Assembly (NCBI GenBank): GCA_043758435.1
Contig: JAYVNN010000110.1
Coordinates: 1-45,408, forward strand
Source: Chthoniobacter sp.
GTDB lineage: Bacteria > Verrucomicrobiota > Verrucomicrobiia > Chthoniobacterales > Chthoniobacteraceae
Length of the DNA stretch: 45,408 nucleotides
Direction of reading: 5' to 3'
Positions 1-11,715 of this stretch are shown piece after piece. The notes under the pieces are model-generated. The model saw only the letters and a program-made list of their open reading frames with translations, had not been told where the DNA came from and searched no databases. The position numbers were made by a program, and so were the translations under genes. The first letter of the stretch is position 1, and each line of letters opens with the position of its first letter.

Positions 1-1
1 T

Positions 2-1012
2 CTTTTCCGCGCGCTGGCCGCGCGGCCAGAGGTGGAGCTGAGCGTTTTCTATCTCGAAGCCGCCGCGCCGGATTCGCCGTGGCCGGAGAAAGCGCTCGCA
101 CCCTACGAGCTAATTCTGCGCGGGACATGGCTGGCGCTCGGCGCGGCGCGCTGCCATGTGAACTGGCCGCTGCCGAAACTGCGCGAGTACGAGGTGGTGG
201 TGATGAACACGCTGATGTCGCTGACCGGCCAATGGCTGATGCGGACCAGCCTGCGGGGACGCCCGTGGATTTTCTGGGGCGAGCGCCTCGGGCGCGGCGG
301 CGCGCTGCACGCGGCGCTCGCGGCGCCGCTGCACCGGGCGGCGGGGATCGCGTCCATCGGCACTTTTGCGGAGCAGGATTATCGCGAGCGTTTTCCTGAG
401 CCGCGGCATTTTCGCATTCCGTACTACTGCGATCTCGCGGCTTTTTTCGCCACACCGCGGCGGGTGCGCGACGACGGGAAAGTGGTCTTCCTTTTTTGCG
501 GCCAGATGATCGCGCGCAAAGGTGTGGACCTGCTGCTGACCGCGTTCTCACAACTCGGGGAAGATGCGCGACTGCTGCTCGTGGGACGCGAGGCGGAGCT
601 GCCCGCGCTGCTCGCGCCGCTGCCGGCGGATGTTCGCGAACGCTGTATCTATGCGGGTTTCCAGCCGCCGGAGGAATTGCCGCGCTTCTTCGCGCAGGCG
701 GATGTTTTCGTGCTGCCGAGCCGCTACGACGGCTGGGGCGTGGTCGTGAATCAGGCACTCGGCGCGGGGCTGCCGGTCATCTGCTCTGACATGGTGGGCG
801 CGGGGCATGATCTCGTGGAGGATCGGGTGAACGGGCTGAAGTTTCGCGCGGGCGATGGGGATTCGCTGCTGGAGAAAATGGAGACGTTTGTGTGCGAGCC
901 GGAGGTCATCGGAAAATGGGGCGCGGCTTCGCGGACGAAGGCGCAGGAGTGGACGCCGGAGGTCGGCGCGGCGAAGTGGGGGGAGGCGTTTCAGACTGTC
1001 CTCGCGAAATGA
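2..1012 (+). CDS. Glycosyltransferase family 4 (GT-B), 5'-truncated by the window edge
   Basis: Motifs FCGQMIARKG, ADVFVLPSRYDGWGVVVNQALGAGLPVI. The frame is open from base 2, so the real start lies upstream. Confidence 0.9.
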   Translation, partial: LFRALAARPEVELSVFYLEAAAPDSPWPEKALAPYELILRGTWLALGAARCHVNWPLPKLREYEVVVMNTLMSLTGQWLMRTSLRGRPWIFWGERLGRGGALHAALAAPLHRAAGIASIGTFAEQDYRERFPEPRHFRIPYYCDLAAFFATPRRVRDDGKVVFLFCGQMIARKGVDLLLTAFSQLGEDARLLLVGREAELPALLAPLPADVRERCIYAGFQPPEELPRFFAQADVFVLPSRYDGWGVVVNQALGAGLPVICSDMVGAGHDLVEDRVNGLKFRAGDGDSLLEKMETFVCEPEVIGKWGAASRTKAQEWTPEVGAAKWGEAFQTVLAK

Positions 1013-2163
1013 AAATCCTCCTCGCCAGCAGCAGTTCGGGATCGCGCGGCGGCGGCGAGCTTTACCTCATCTATCTCGGCCGCGCGCTCGCGCAGCGCGG
1101 TCACGCGGTCACGCTTTGGGCTTCGACGAATTCGCGGATGGACGAACTCGCGAACACGTTTTCCGGCTTCGGCGAGGTGCTGCGCTCGGACTACGAAAAC
1201 ACCTACGACCAGCGCGGGCGCTCGATTGCCAGCTACCTGGCTTTTGGCACGGCGCGCAAAGTCGCCGCGGCATGGCGCGGGGCGGAGCCGGATTTCATCC
1301 ACCTGAACAAACAGAATCTCGAGGACGGGCTCGACCTGCTGCGCGCGGCGCGGCGGAGCGGCGTGCCGAATCTCGCGACGATCCATCTCACACAAAGTGC
1401 GCGCTACCTGCGCGCGAAACTGGCCGCGCCGCGCGACTTCGTTTCGCGCCGCGCGCTGCGCGAATATCCGGGGCTGCTCGTCACGGTTTTGGAAAACCGG
1501 CAGCGCGATCTCACGGACTTTCTCAGCGCTTCGCCGCGGATTCGGATGATCCCGAATGGCGTCCCGCTTTTCGATCTCTCCCGACGCGCGGCGGTGCGCA
1601 AGGCGAAGCGGGCGGAACTCGGCTTCGCGGAAGGCGAACAGCTTTTCATCGCGGTCGGACGGATGATGCCGCAGAAGCGCCCGCTGCTCTTTTTGGAAAA
1701 GGCGGAGCAGGTTCTGCGAACGCTGCCCGAGGCGAAATTCCTGTGGGTGGGCGACGGCAGGCTGAGCGGCGAGTGGGATGCGCGGGTGGCCGCGCAGGGG
1801 CTTGGGCGGAGCGTCCGGCGGCTGCCGTGGCACAATGACGTGCAATCGCTGCTGCTCGCGGCGGATGTGTTTTTGCACGTCGCGGAGTTTGAGGGGCTGC
1901 CGCTGGCGATCCTCGAGGCGATGTCCGCCGCGCTGCCCTGCGCGATCACGGCGAACCTGCTGGGCGAGATGCCGTTTATGACGGCGGAGAATTCCATCGC
2001 GGTCGGCGATGATGATTCGTGGATCGAAAAACTCCGCGACTACGCGGCCCTGCACGCGCGCGGCGCGGCGGCGCGGCGGCTGGCGGAGGAGCGGTTTTCG
2101 TTTGAGAAAATGGCGGAGAGTTACGAGGCGCTCTACCGCGAGACACTCGCCGCACGCCCGTGA
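1009..2163 (+). CDS. Glycosyltransferase family 4
   Basis: MKILL...GGGE start, VGRMMPQKR, FEGLPLAILEAMS. ATGA overlap with the upstream stop. Confidence 0.9.
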   Translation: MKILLASSSSGSRGGGELYLIYLGRALAQRGHAVTLWASTNSRMDELANTFSGFGEVLRSDYENTYDQRGRSIASYLAFGTARKVAAAWRGAEPDFIHLNKQNLEDGLDLLRAARRSGVPNLATIHLTQSARYLRAKLAAPRDFVSRRALREYPGLLVTVLENRQRDLTDFLSASPRIRMIPNGVPLFDLSRRAAVRKAKRAELGFAEGEQLFIAVGRMMPQKRPLLFLEKAEQVLRTLPEAKFLWVGDGRLSGEWDARVAAQGLGRSVRRLPWHNDVQSLLLAADVFLHVAEFEGLPLAILEAMSAALPCAITANLLGEMPFMTAENSIAVGDDDSWIEKLRDYAALHARGAAARRLAEERFSFEKMAESYEALYRETLAARP

Positions 2164-3167
2164 AGGTGCTTTTTTTCACGCCGCCGCCGGAGCAGCGCAT
2201 CGGCGGACTCGACGCCGCGATCAATGGCCTGCGGGCCGCGCTGGAGCGGCGCGGGATCGAGGTGGGCGACGAGCTGCCCGAAGACGCGACGGACTGCGTG
2301 GCGCATTTTCACGGGCTCTGGCAGCCGGCTCACGCGCGCCTTTCTGCCGAGTGCCGGACGCGGAAAATTCCGTGCGTCATCTCGCCGCACGGAATGCTGG
2401 AGCCGTGGGCGTGGCGGCACAAGCGGTGGAAGAAATGGCCCTACTTTCACCTCGTGGAAAAGCGCCACCTCACACGCGCAAGCGCGGTGCTCGCGACGGC
2501 GGCGCAGGAGGCCGCGCGGCTGCGCGCGATGCTGCCGGGCCAGCGCATCGAGACGCTGCCGCTGGGGATGACGGGCGATGCGAAGCCTGATTACGACAGG
2601 GCGCGCGGGCAACTGGGTTGGAGCGAGGAGGAGCGCGTGCTGCTTTTTCTTTCGCGCATCCATGTGAAAAAGGGACTCGATCTTTTGCTTCGCGCGCTGG
2701 CGTCGATGGAGGTTCCCGCGCGGACGCGGCTGGTCATCGTGGGCGAAGGCGAGGCGGGCTACGTCGCGGAGCTGCGGCGGTTCGCGGAGGAAAATGCGCG
2801 CGTGCTGCCGCGCATCGACTGGGTCGGTGCGGTGTGGGGTGAGGAGCGGTGGAAATTTTTCCAAGGGGCGGATCTTTTCTGCCTGCCCACGCATTCCGAA
2901 AACTTCGGCCTCGCGGTGCTCGAAGCCTGCCAGGTCGGCACGCCCGCGCTGACGACCGTCGAGACGCCATGGGCGGAGGAGCTGGCGGGCGGGCGCGGCT
3001 ACATCTGCAAGCCGCAAACCGCAGACATTCGGCGAGAGTTGGCGCGTTTTTTTGCCGCCGAAAATCAGACGCACGAAGCCCGCGCGGCGCTGGCGGAATG
3101 GGCCTGGGCGCGCTTCCACTGGGACGCACTGGCCGCGCGCTACGAAAGCCTCTACCGGTCCATTTGA
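2160..3167 (+). CDS. Glycosyltransferase family 4
   Basis: SPHGML, FLSRIHVKKGLD, ENFGLAVLEA. GTGA overlap with the upstream stop. Confidence 0.9.
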   Translation: MKVLFFTPPPEQRIGGLDAAINGLRAALERRGIEVGDELPEDATDCVAHFHGLWQPAHARLSAECRTRKIPCVISPHGMLEPWAWRHKRWKKWPYFHLVEKRHLTRASAVLATAAQEAARLRAMLPGQRIETLPLGMTGDAKPDYDRARGQLGWSEEERVLLFLSRIHVKKGLDLLLRALASMEVPARTRLVIVGEGEAGYVAELRRFAEENARVLPRIDWVGAVWGEERWKFFQGADLFCLPTHSENFGLAVLEACQVGTPALTTVETPWAEELAGGRGYICKPQTADIRRELARFFAAENQTHEARAALAEWAWARFHWDALAARYESLYRSI

Positions 3168-3183
3168 CGAGCGGTGCCGTGCG

Positions 3184-4557
<1,374 letters not shown>

Positions 4558-4669
4558 GGATCGGGGAGGTTTAAGGGACAGCCGCGGGGAGCGGGCGCGC
4601 GGAGTAAAGATTCCGTCGGCGAAAGTGGAAAGCGGGAAATGCAGAATCCGTCCGCGCAGTGCTGCCGAG

Positions 4670-7120
4670 TCAGTAGGCGGTGTCGTCGCTCCAGCGGCTG
4701 GGCGCGAGTTCCATGTGCAGGTAAAACGGAGCCCCCGGTGGCAGCGCCGCGATCTGGCGGAAAATCCCGTCGATCTGGGCGCTGTCGATGTCTTCGGCGT
4801 TCCTGCCGAAAAGATCGAGGCGGGTCGCGTCGGGATGGTCGCGTGCGCCCAACACGGCGCGGTAGTCGAGCCGCCACGCGCGCACGGGCCGCACCGTGAG
4901 GCCGGCGCGCTCGGCGGGCGCGGCGACCAGGGTGATGCCGTCGGTCGCGTTTTCGCGGAAGACCTCGACAAAAAAACCACGGTCTCCGGGAGGAGTCTTG
5001 CCACCGCAGGCGTCGAGAAAGGCGCGCTCGATCTCCCGGAAAAGCGCCGCGTCCAGCGCGCGGCCCTGCGCGGCACGGAGCACGGCGGGGAGGGACTCGG
5101 GCCATTTGATTCCTCCGCCGGCGAAAACGACCTCCGCCACTTTCAACTCCCCGCCTGGGGCGACGGGCGGGCGTTCCGACGGAACCGGCAGCAGGGGCTG
5201 TCCATGCGCTTTGCGCCAGACATTCGCGCACGCGATGCGCTGGCGCTCGCGGAGTGGAAAAGGCGCGGCGGGGTCGAACGCGTAACGGTCCGGCCACCGC
5301 TCGGCGAGCAGCGCCGCGGCCTCGTCGCACAGGCGCGGATTGTCGAGCCGGCCGTCGCGGATGCCCGCCACGCCGGTGAAAGCGCCGGTGTCATCGAGTT
5401 CGGCGGCGAGCAGGTCTTCGATCGCCGCCGCGGTCGGCGCAGAGGGCGCGGGCGCGGCCTTGTCCGGACGCTCGCCGAACGCCCTGAGCACGCGGCGGCG
5501 CGCATCGGTGCTGCGCTGGCGCAGCCCGTCGGCGAGCGCGCCGGGGCCCACCGGCGAATCCGTCATCGCAAGCACGCGGATCAGTTGGCTGCGCCCGGGA
5601 CCATCATCAAGCGGGGCCGACTTTCGCCACAGTTCCGCCAGAGGCACGAGGCCGTCGAGCCGCCCGAGTTTCGCGAGCAGCCACGCGGCCTCCGCGCGCG
5701 GGCCGGTGAGCGGCCCCTCGCGCGTCTCGCGGAGGAGAAACTCCGGCACGCGGTCGTCCGGCAGCTTTCCGACCAGGCGCATGAGCCCGCACCGCTCCTC
5801 CTCGCGCTGGGCCGCCGCCGCCCCGGCGAGAATGGGCGTGGCGGCGTCCTGCGGAAATTCGGCGAGCAGTTTCGCGCCGGCGCTCGAGGAGCCAAACCCG
5901 CCGCGCGCCACCGTCTGCGCGAGTTCGCCGAGCACGCCCTGGCTCTGCCGCGTGGCCCACCACGCCTGCACCGCGGCGCGCACCGGATCGATCTTGTCGT
6001 CGCGGGCCATCGTTCCCGTGATGCTGCCGCTGCGTTAGAACTCGCGGCCCGCGATCCGCTCGAGGATTTTCAGCGCGGCGTCGCCGACCGTGATGACCTC
6101 GTGGGAGAAACGGAAATTGCGCCCGTAACCCACGGAGCGCGTGAGCCGCGGGTCGCCGAGCGCGGCGAGGAGCGCGGGCACGGCGGCGTCGCCGAGCTTC
6201 ACGAGCCGGTGGGCGGGGCTGGTTTCTCCCGGTTCGCCGGTCGAAAAAATGTCCACCCAGCCCGGCTGGCTAAACTGCTCTCCATGCTGGTCGCGGAGGC
6301 GGAAAAGCCACTCCGCCGCCTGCTCCGCGGGCGGCAGCAGGGCGATCTCCGCATCGGTGCGCGCCGGGTGGGCGTCGTCTTCGGCGATCATTTTTTCGAG
6401 CCGCTCCGCGAGGGCCGCAGCGCGCGGAAGATGATCGCAATGCGGATAAAGCACCGGCAGCGTGCGCAGCCGCGCGTGCAGTTCGCGCCGCGTGAGGCGC
6501 AGGTCGCCGAAAGCGACGACCGTCCGCCACATCTCGAAATGGCCGAGGTCGCGGTCGAGCTTGCTGCGAAACGGCCACGCTCTTTCATCCTGCGGCGTGT
6601 CGCGCTGATTGAGTCCGGCAGTCTCCTGCGCCGCCGCGCAGAGCCGCGCCGCGAGATCGTCGAGCCCCTGGCGCGAGCACATCCACCCGAGCACGAAGAG
6701 CTGCGTGCGCGCGGTGAAATGCGGGCTGCCGATGAAAGCCCGCTGGCGGGAGGCGGGGTCTTGCGGATCAGCCGGACGCAGCTCGGCCTCCGCGAAAGCG
6801 CGCAGGTCGGCAGGCTCATAGCGGTACTCCGTGTCGGACTTTTTGGCTTTGGCAAACTCCAGCGCATTGAACCGGAGCGTGAGCACGCGGAATTTTTCGG
6901 GCGTGTCTTCGAGCATGAATCCGTTGCTCCACATTTCTTCCCGCCGTCCTCCCGAGTAGATGTTCCAGCCGTAAAAGTAGCGCACGAAGGCCCGCTCCTT
7001 CACGTCGGGAAAACCGAGCCGGCCGAACCACTCGAAGTCGTCGGCCAGGCCGGCGGGGGACTCCGCGTGCGCGGTGACAAGCGCGGCCGCGAAGGTGATG
7101 AGGAGGAGCAGGGTTTTCAT
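4670..7120 (-). pseudogene. Secreted HEAT-repeat-like protein gene interrupted by one in-frame TAA at 6035-6037 (or two adjacent CDSs, 6035..7120 and 4670..6010)
   Basis: The two ORFs are in the same frame, separated only by TAA plus 8 sense codons (GREF*RSGSITGT-MARD). Only the first has a signal peptide. Helical repeats such as LVKLGDAAVPALLAALGD and RAEAAWLLAKLG occur on both sides. Confidence 0.6.
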
Positions 7121-7178
7121 AGGAAAGCGGCGGGCGCAGCGGGGGGAAGCTGGCTCGTGCGAGCAGGTCTATAAACCT

Positions 7179-7221
7179 GCGCAACTGTAGGGGAAGCTGG
7201 CAGCTTCCCCTACAGTTGCGC
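7179..7221. repeat. Palindromic REP-like element, family A, copy 1 (21-bp perfect arms)
   Basis: gcgcaactgtaggggaagctg-g-cagcttcccctacagttgcgc. It overlaps and supplies the stop codon of the glcD-like gene. Confidence 0.85.
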
Positions 7222-8595
7222 GGTGGCGACGAATTTTCCGGGATTCAAAAGGCCGAGCGGGTCGAGGGCGGCTTTGAGGGCGGCGTGGACGGCGCGGCTG
7301 ACGGGGGTGGTGGCTTGCGGCCACCAGCGGGCTTTGGCGAGGCCGATGCCGTGCTCGCCGGTGATGACGCCGCCCCAGGCGAGGACTTGGGCGAAAAGTT
7401 CGTCGAGGGCGCGGCCAACTTTTTTCTGCACGGCGGGGTCGTCGTGGTAGTGCGCGGCCATGATGTTGACGTGGATGTTACCGTCGCCGGCGTGGCCGAA
7501 GCAGGCGATGGGGTAGCCGTGTTTTTTGCGCAGTTTTTCGGCGAAGGCGGCGAGGTCGGTGAGCCGGCCGCGGGGGACGACGATGTCTTCGTTGAGCTTG
7601 ATGAGGCCGGTGGCTTTGAGGGATGCGGAAAAGGCGCGGCGCAAGTCCCAGAGCGCTTCGCAGGCGGTTTCGCCGAGGGCGGTTTTTGCGCCGATGGCTT
7701 TGAGTTTCGCGAGCAACGAGGCGAGGGATTTCACCTCGGACTCGACGCTGGCGGGCTGGCCGTCGAGGTCGAGGAGGAGGTGCGCGCTGCCGGGGGGCGC
7801 GAGTTTTTTCCCGAGGTGCTGGCCGGCGGCGGCGAGGGTGAAGGCGTCGGCGATTTCCAGCGCGGAGGGGAGAAAGCCGGCGGCGAAAATTTCCTGCACG
7901 GCGTGCGCGGCCTGGCGGAAAGTGCGGAAGCTGGCGGAGAGCGTGGCGCGCGCGGGCGGCAGCGGGAGCAGGCGGAGCGTGGCTTCGGTGACGATGCCGA
8001 GCAGCCCTTCGCTGCCGACGAACATGCCGATGAGGTCGAAACCGGTTTTGTTTTTGTGCGTGCGCCCGCCGGTGCGGAGGATGCGGCCGTCGGCGAGGAC
8101 GACTTCGAGGCCGAGGACGTAGTGGCGGGTGACGCCGTATTTCAGGCAGCGAGGGCCGCCGGCGTTGGTGGCGATGTTGCCGCCGAGGCTGCATTCTTTG
8201 AGGCTCGCGGGGTCGGGCGGGTAGAAAAGTTTGCGCTTTCGCACCGCCGCCGCGAGCACGCCGGTGATGACGCCGGGCTCGATGACGGCGACGGCGTCGG
8301 CGAAGCTGATTTCCTTGATGCGGTTCATGCGCGCGAGCGAGAGCGCGATGCCGCCGCGCACCGGCACGCACCCGCCGACGTAGCCCACGCCCGCGCCGCG
8401 CGGGGTGACGGGGATGCGGTGGCGCGTGGCGAATTTCATCAGCCGGCTCACGTCACCGGTGGACTCGGCGAAGACGACGGCCTCGGGCGTGCGGCTCGCG
8501 AACCATTTGTCCTTCGCGTGCGTGGCGAGCGTGGCGTCGTCGGTGGCGACGCGGTCTTTTCCGAGCAGCTTGGTGAGCTGGCGCGCGAGGGTCAT
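7210..8595 (-). CDS. glcD: FAD-linked oxidase, glycolate oxidase GlcD / D-lactate dehydrogenase family
   Basis: TPRGAG, YPPDPAS, GGNIATNAGG..KYGVT, GSEG.LG, GHAGDGNIH, GEHGIG, LNPGK. ATG at 8595 overlaps the upstream TGA. Confidence 0.85.
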   Translation of the reverse strand: MTLARQLTKLLGKDRVATDDATLATHAKDKWFASRTPEAVVFAESTGDVSRLMKFATRHRIPVTPRGAGVGYVGGCVPVRGGIALSLARMNRIKEISFADAVAVIEPGVITGVLAAAVRKRKLFYPPDPASLKECSLGGNIATNAGGPRCLKYGVTRHYVLGLEVVLADGRILRTGGRTHKNKTGFDLIGMFVGSEGLLGIVTEATLRLLPLPPARATLSASFRTFRQAAHAVQEIFAAGFLPSALEIADAFTLAAAGQHLGKKLAPPGSAHLLLDLDGQPASVESEVKSLASLLAKLKAIGAKTALGETACEALWDLRRAFSASLKATGLIKLNEDIVVPRGRLTDLAAFAEKLRKKHGYPIACFGHAGDGNIHVNIMAAHYHDDPAVQKKVGRALDELFAQVLAWGGVITGEHGIGLAKARWWPQATTPVSRAVHAALKAALDPLGLLNPGKFVATAQL

Positions 8596-9347
8596 TGCGA
8601 CGGCGGCACGCGCTCCTTGTGACCGAAAATGCGGTCGATCAGGCCGGGCTTTTTCGGTGGCGGGGTCGCCGCGGCTACGGGGTCGGCGGGGAGCGGCGTG
8701 GCCACGGGAATGGGCGCAGCCTTGGGCGCGGCGGCGACGACGGCGGGCTGGCGCAGGCGCTCCTCGGGCTTGGGCACGGGCGTGACCACGGTCGGCGGCA
8801 CCGGCGGCGGCGGTTCGGCGGCGAAGCCCTCGTGGGAGACGACGGTCCCCTTGCCCGCGCTGATGACGAGGTGGCCGAGTTCTTTGCCGTCGTCGCCGAG
8901 GCACGTCACATGCCAGAGCGGCACGGCGGCGGCGCCTTCCTTTTTCAGCTCGTACTGCATCGCGGCGACGGTCATGTTGTTCGCAAAGGCGTACTGCTGC
9001 GCGAGCTTCGCGGCGCGGTCGGAATTGATCTTCAGCGCGTCGCCGCCGAAGACGTCCTCGGGGCGCAGGCTTTCGGCGAATTGCGAGACATCGCGCGAGG
9101 CCACGATCTCGCCGCCGGCCACGACGTACTCATGCACGCCGGTCTCGGCCTTCGGGTCATGCACGATGAAATACCAGCGCTCCGGCGCAGGCGTGCCGTC
9201 GCGCGCCTCGATGCGGGCGAGCCGTTTCGCCTCGCCGCGCGGGAGCAGGCGCAGCGCGGCGAGCGCGGAGTTGGCGGGTTCGGTTTCCGCGCCGAGACGG
9301 GCGCAGAGGAGGAGTGAAAAAAACGTGGTGAAAAAAGACGGACGCAT
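8592..9347 (-). CDS. Hypothetical secreted protein with Pro-rich C-terminal tail
   Basis: Signal peptide [20 protein letters not shown], Pro-rich tail, translationally coupled to glcD. A possible promoter (TTGGAA-16-TAAAGT) lies upstream. Confidence 0.75.
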   Translation of the reverse strand: MRPSFFTTFFSLLLCARLGAETEPANSALAALRLLPRGEAKRLARIEARDGTPAPERWYFIVHDPKAETGVHEYVVAGGEIVASRDVSQFAESLRPEDVFGGDALKINSDRAAKLAQQYAFANNMTVAAMQYELKKEGAAAVPLWHVTCLGDDGKELGHLVISAGKGTVVSHEGFAAEPPPPVPPTVVTPVPKPEERLRQPAVVAAAPKAAPIPVATPLPADPVAAATPPPKKPGLIDRIFGHKERVPPSQ

Positions 9348-9420
9348 GACCGGAAGTTCGGTGCGGACTTTAGCGCAAGCGTTTTCGATTCCAAGCGAAT
9401 GCGCGGACGCGAGGAATTGC

Positions 9421-9449
9421 TTTACGCATCCGCCCTGCGCGCCCAAGTT
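9421..9449 (+). promoter_or_regulatory. Putative sigma70 promoter for a leaderless fabV mRNA
   Basis: TTTACG-17 nt-CAAGTT, then 7 nt to ATG 9457. No Shine-Dalgarno sequence. Confidence 0.4.
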
Positions 9450-9456
9450 TTTCCGC

Positions 9457-10641
9457 ATGATTATCAAGCCCAAGATTCGCGGATTCATTTGCACCACAGC
9501 GCACCCGGCGGGCTGCGCGGCGCATGTCGGGGAGCAGATCGCTTTTGTGCAGAAAAAAGGCGCGGTCGCGGGAATGGCGAAGCGGGTGCTGGTGATCGGC
9601 GCGTCCACGGGCTACGGGCTGGCGAGCCGCATCGTCCCGGCATTCGCGGGCGGTGCGGCGACGCTCGGGGTGTTCTTTGAAAAGGCGGGTGAGGAGGGTC
9701 GGACGGCGAGCGCGGGGTGGTACAATTCGGTCGCGTTTGAAAAGGCCGCGCACGCCGCGGGGCTGTATGCGAAGAGCATCAACGGCGACGCTTTTTCCGA
9801 TGCGATCAAGGAGCAGGTCATCGCCGCGATCAAGGCCGACCTCGAGCAGGTGGACGCAGTCATTTACTCCCTCGCCTCGCCACGGCGCACGCATCCGCGC
9901 ACGGGCGTGACGCACAGCTCCACGCTCAAGCCCATCGGTGCGCCCTTCACCGCGAAGACCGTGAACACGGACAAGGGCACGGTGACGGACATCACCATCG
10001 AGCCGGCGAGCGAGCAGGAAATCGCGGACACTACCGCGGTCATGGGCGGCGAGGATTGGGAGATGTGGATCGACGCGCTGGACGCGGCGGGCGTGCTCGC
10101 GGACGGCGCGCTCGCCGTGGCCTACAGCTACATCGGGCCGGAGCTGACGCGGGCGATTTACCGGAGCGGGACGATTGGCCGCGCGAAGGAGGATCTCGAA
10201 GCGACCGCGCACCGTCTGCAAACGCGGCTCGGCGCGCGGGGCGGACACGCTTTGGTCTCGGTGAACAAGGCGCTCGTGACGCAGGCGAGCAGCGCCATCC
10301 CCGTGGTGCCGCTCTACATTTCCATGCTCTACAAAGTGATGAAAGCGCACGGCCTGCACGAAGGCTGCATCGAGCAGATTTACCGGCTCTTTGCCACCCG
10401 GCAGGAGCAGACCGCACACACGGACGAGGCGGGCCGCGTGCGGATCGACGACTGGGAAATGCGCCCGGAAATCCAGGCCGAGGTCGCCGCGATCTGGCCG
10501 CAGGCGACGACGGAAAATCTGGAGGCGCTCACGGACATCGCGGGGTATCGCAAGGAGTTTTTGAAACTGTTCGGCTTCGGCCTGGCGGACGTGGACTACG
10601 AGGCGGAGAGCGATCCCGTCGCGCCGCTGCCGTCGGCGTAG
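9457..10641 (+). CDS. fabV: Enoyl-ACP reductase / trans-2-enoyl-CoA reductase FabV
   Basis: [70 protein letters not shown]. Confidence 0.95.
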   Translation: MIIKPKIRGFICTTAHPAGCAAHVGEQIAFVQKKGAVAGMAKRVLVIGASTGYGLASRIVPAFAGGAATLGVFFEKAGEEGRTASAGWYNSVAFEKAAHAAGLYAKSINGDAFSDAIKEQVIAAIKADLEQVDAVIYSLASPRRTHPRTGVTHSSTLKPIGAPFTAKTVNTDKGTVTDITIEPASEQEIADTTAVMGGEDWEMWIDALDAAGVLADGALAVAYSYIGPELTRAIYRSGTIGRAKEDLEATAHRLQTRLGARGGHALVSVNKALVTQASSAIPVVPLYISMLYKVMKAHGLHEGCIEQIYRLFATRQEQTAHTDEAGRVRIDDWEMRPEIQAEVAAIWPQATTENLEALTDIAGYRKEFLKLFGFGLADVDYEAESDPVAPLPSA

Positions 10642-10672
10642 GCAGCGCGGGAGATTTTTCCCCGCCCCGACC

Positions 10673-11629
10673 ATGCCCATCCTCGACTCGCGCTTTCGCC
10701 CGCCGCCGCTGCTCGGCGGCGGGCATGTGCAAACGATCCTGCCCGTGCTGCTGCCGCGGCGCCTCGCGCTGACTTTCACGCGGACGCGGCTGGAACTGGC
10801 GGACGGCGATTTCCTCGATCTCGACTGGGCGCGCGCCGGCCACGCGCGGCTCGCGGTCATCGCGCACGGGCTCGAAGGCAGCTCCACGCAGCAGTACGTG
10901 CGCGGCCTGGCGGCGACGCTGCACGCGGACGGCTGGGATGTGCTCGCGTGGAATTTCCGCGGCTGCAGCGGCGAGCCGAACCGGCTGCTGCGCGCCTACC
11001 ACAGCGGCGACACCGCGGATCTCGCGGCAGTCCTCGCGCACGCGGCGGCGGACTACGCGCGGCTCGCGCTCGTCGGCTTCAGCCTCGGGGGAAATGTGGT
11101 GCTCAAATACCTCGGCGAAGCGCCGCCGCATCCGGCCATCACCGCCGCCGCAGCGATCTCGGTCCCGCTTGATTTGGCGTCGAGCGCTCGCGCGCTGGAC
11201 GAGCGGCGCGGCAACCGGCTTTACCTGCGCCGCTTTCTCGTCCCGCTCATCGCGAAGATCGAGGCGAAGGCGCGCGCTTTTCCCGGCGAGCTGAACACGG
11301 ACGGCCTCCGCGCGATCCGCAGTTTCCAGGAGTTCGACGACCGCTTCACCGGGCCGCTGCATGGCTTCCGCGGCGCCGCGGATTATTGGCAGCGCTCCAG
11401 CGCGCGCCAGTTCCTGCCGGGCATCGCCACGCCCACGCTCATCCTCAATGCGCGCAACGATCCTTTTCTCACCGCCGCCTCGATGCCCGAGCCGGAAGCC
11501 GCGGCCAACCCGGCGCTTTTTCTCGAAACGCCGGAGTCCGGCGGGCACGTCGGCTTTCTCGACTTCGCCCGCGGCATGCAGCCGTGGTCCGAGCGCCGGG
11601 TGGCGGAGTTTTTCGCGGGCAACTTTTGA
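10673..11629 (+). CDS. Alpha/beta hydrolase, YheT family
   Basis: GHVQT, DGDFLDLDW, HGLEGSS, GFSLGG nucleophile motif, NDPF, GGHVGF. Confidence 0.9.
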   Translation: MPILDSRFRPPPLLGGGHVQTILPVLLPRRLALTFTRTRLELADGDFLDLDWARAGHARLAVIAHGLEGSSTQQYVRGLAATLHADGWDVLAWNFRGCSGEPNRLLRAYHSGDTADLAAVLAHAAADYARLALVGFSLGGNVVLKYLGEAPPHPAITAAAAISVPLDLASSARALDERRGNRLYLRRFLVPLIAKIEAKARAFPGELNTDGLRAIRSFQEFDDRFTGPLHGFRGAADYWQRSSARQFLPGIATPTLILNARNDPFLTAASMPEPEAAANPALFLETPESGGHVGFLDFARGMQPWSERRVAEFFAGNF

Positions 11630-11715
11630 TCAGCTCGCCGGGGGGCCGGTTGCCGAAGGTTTGACGCCTCGCGCCTGCGGTGGGACACTCGCGCGCTCCG
11701 GTCACCGTCCGCACT

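Noticed and set aside
4558-4669. glnK or a sigma54 promoter next to amtB
   Set aside because: There is no PII-like ORF and no convincing TGGCAC-N5-TTGC motif upstream.
6035-6037. Sec/Pyl recoding or an alternative genetic code at the in-frame stop
   Set aside because: The codon is TAA, not TGA or TAG, and TAA ends conserved genes such as leuS and rdgB normally.
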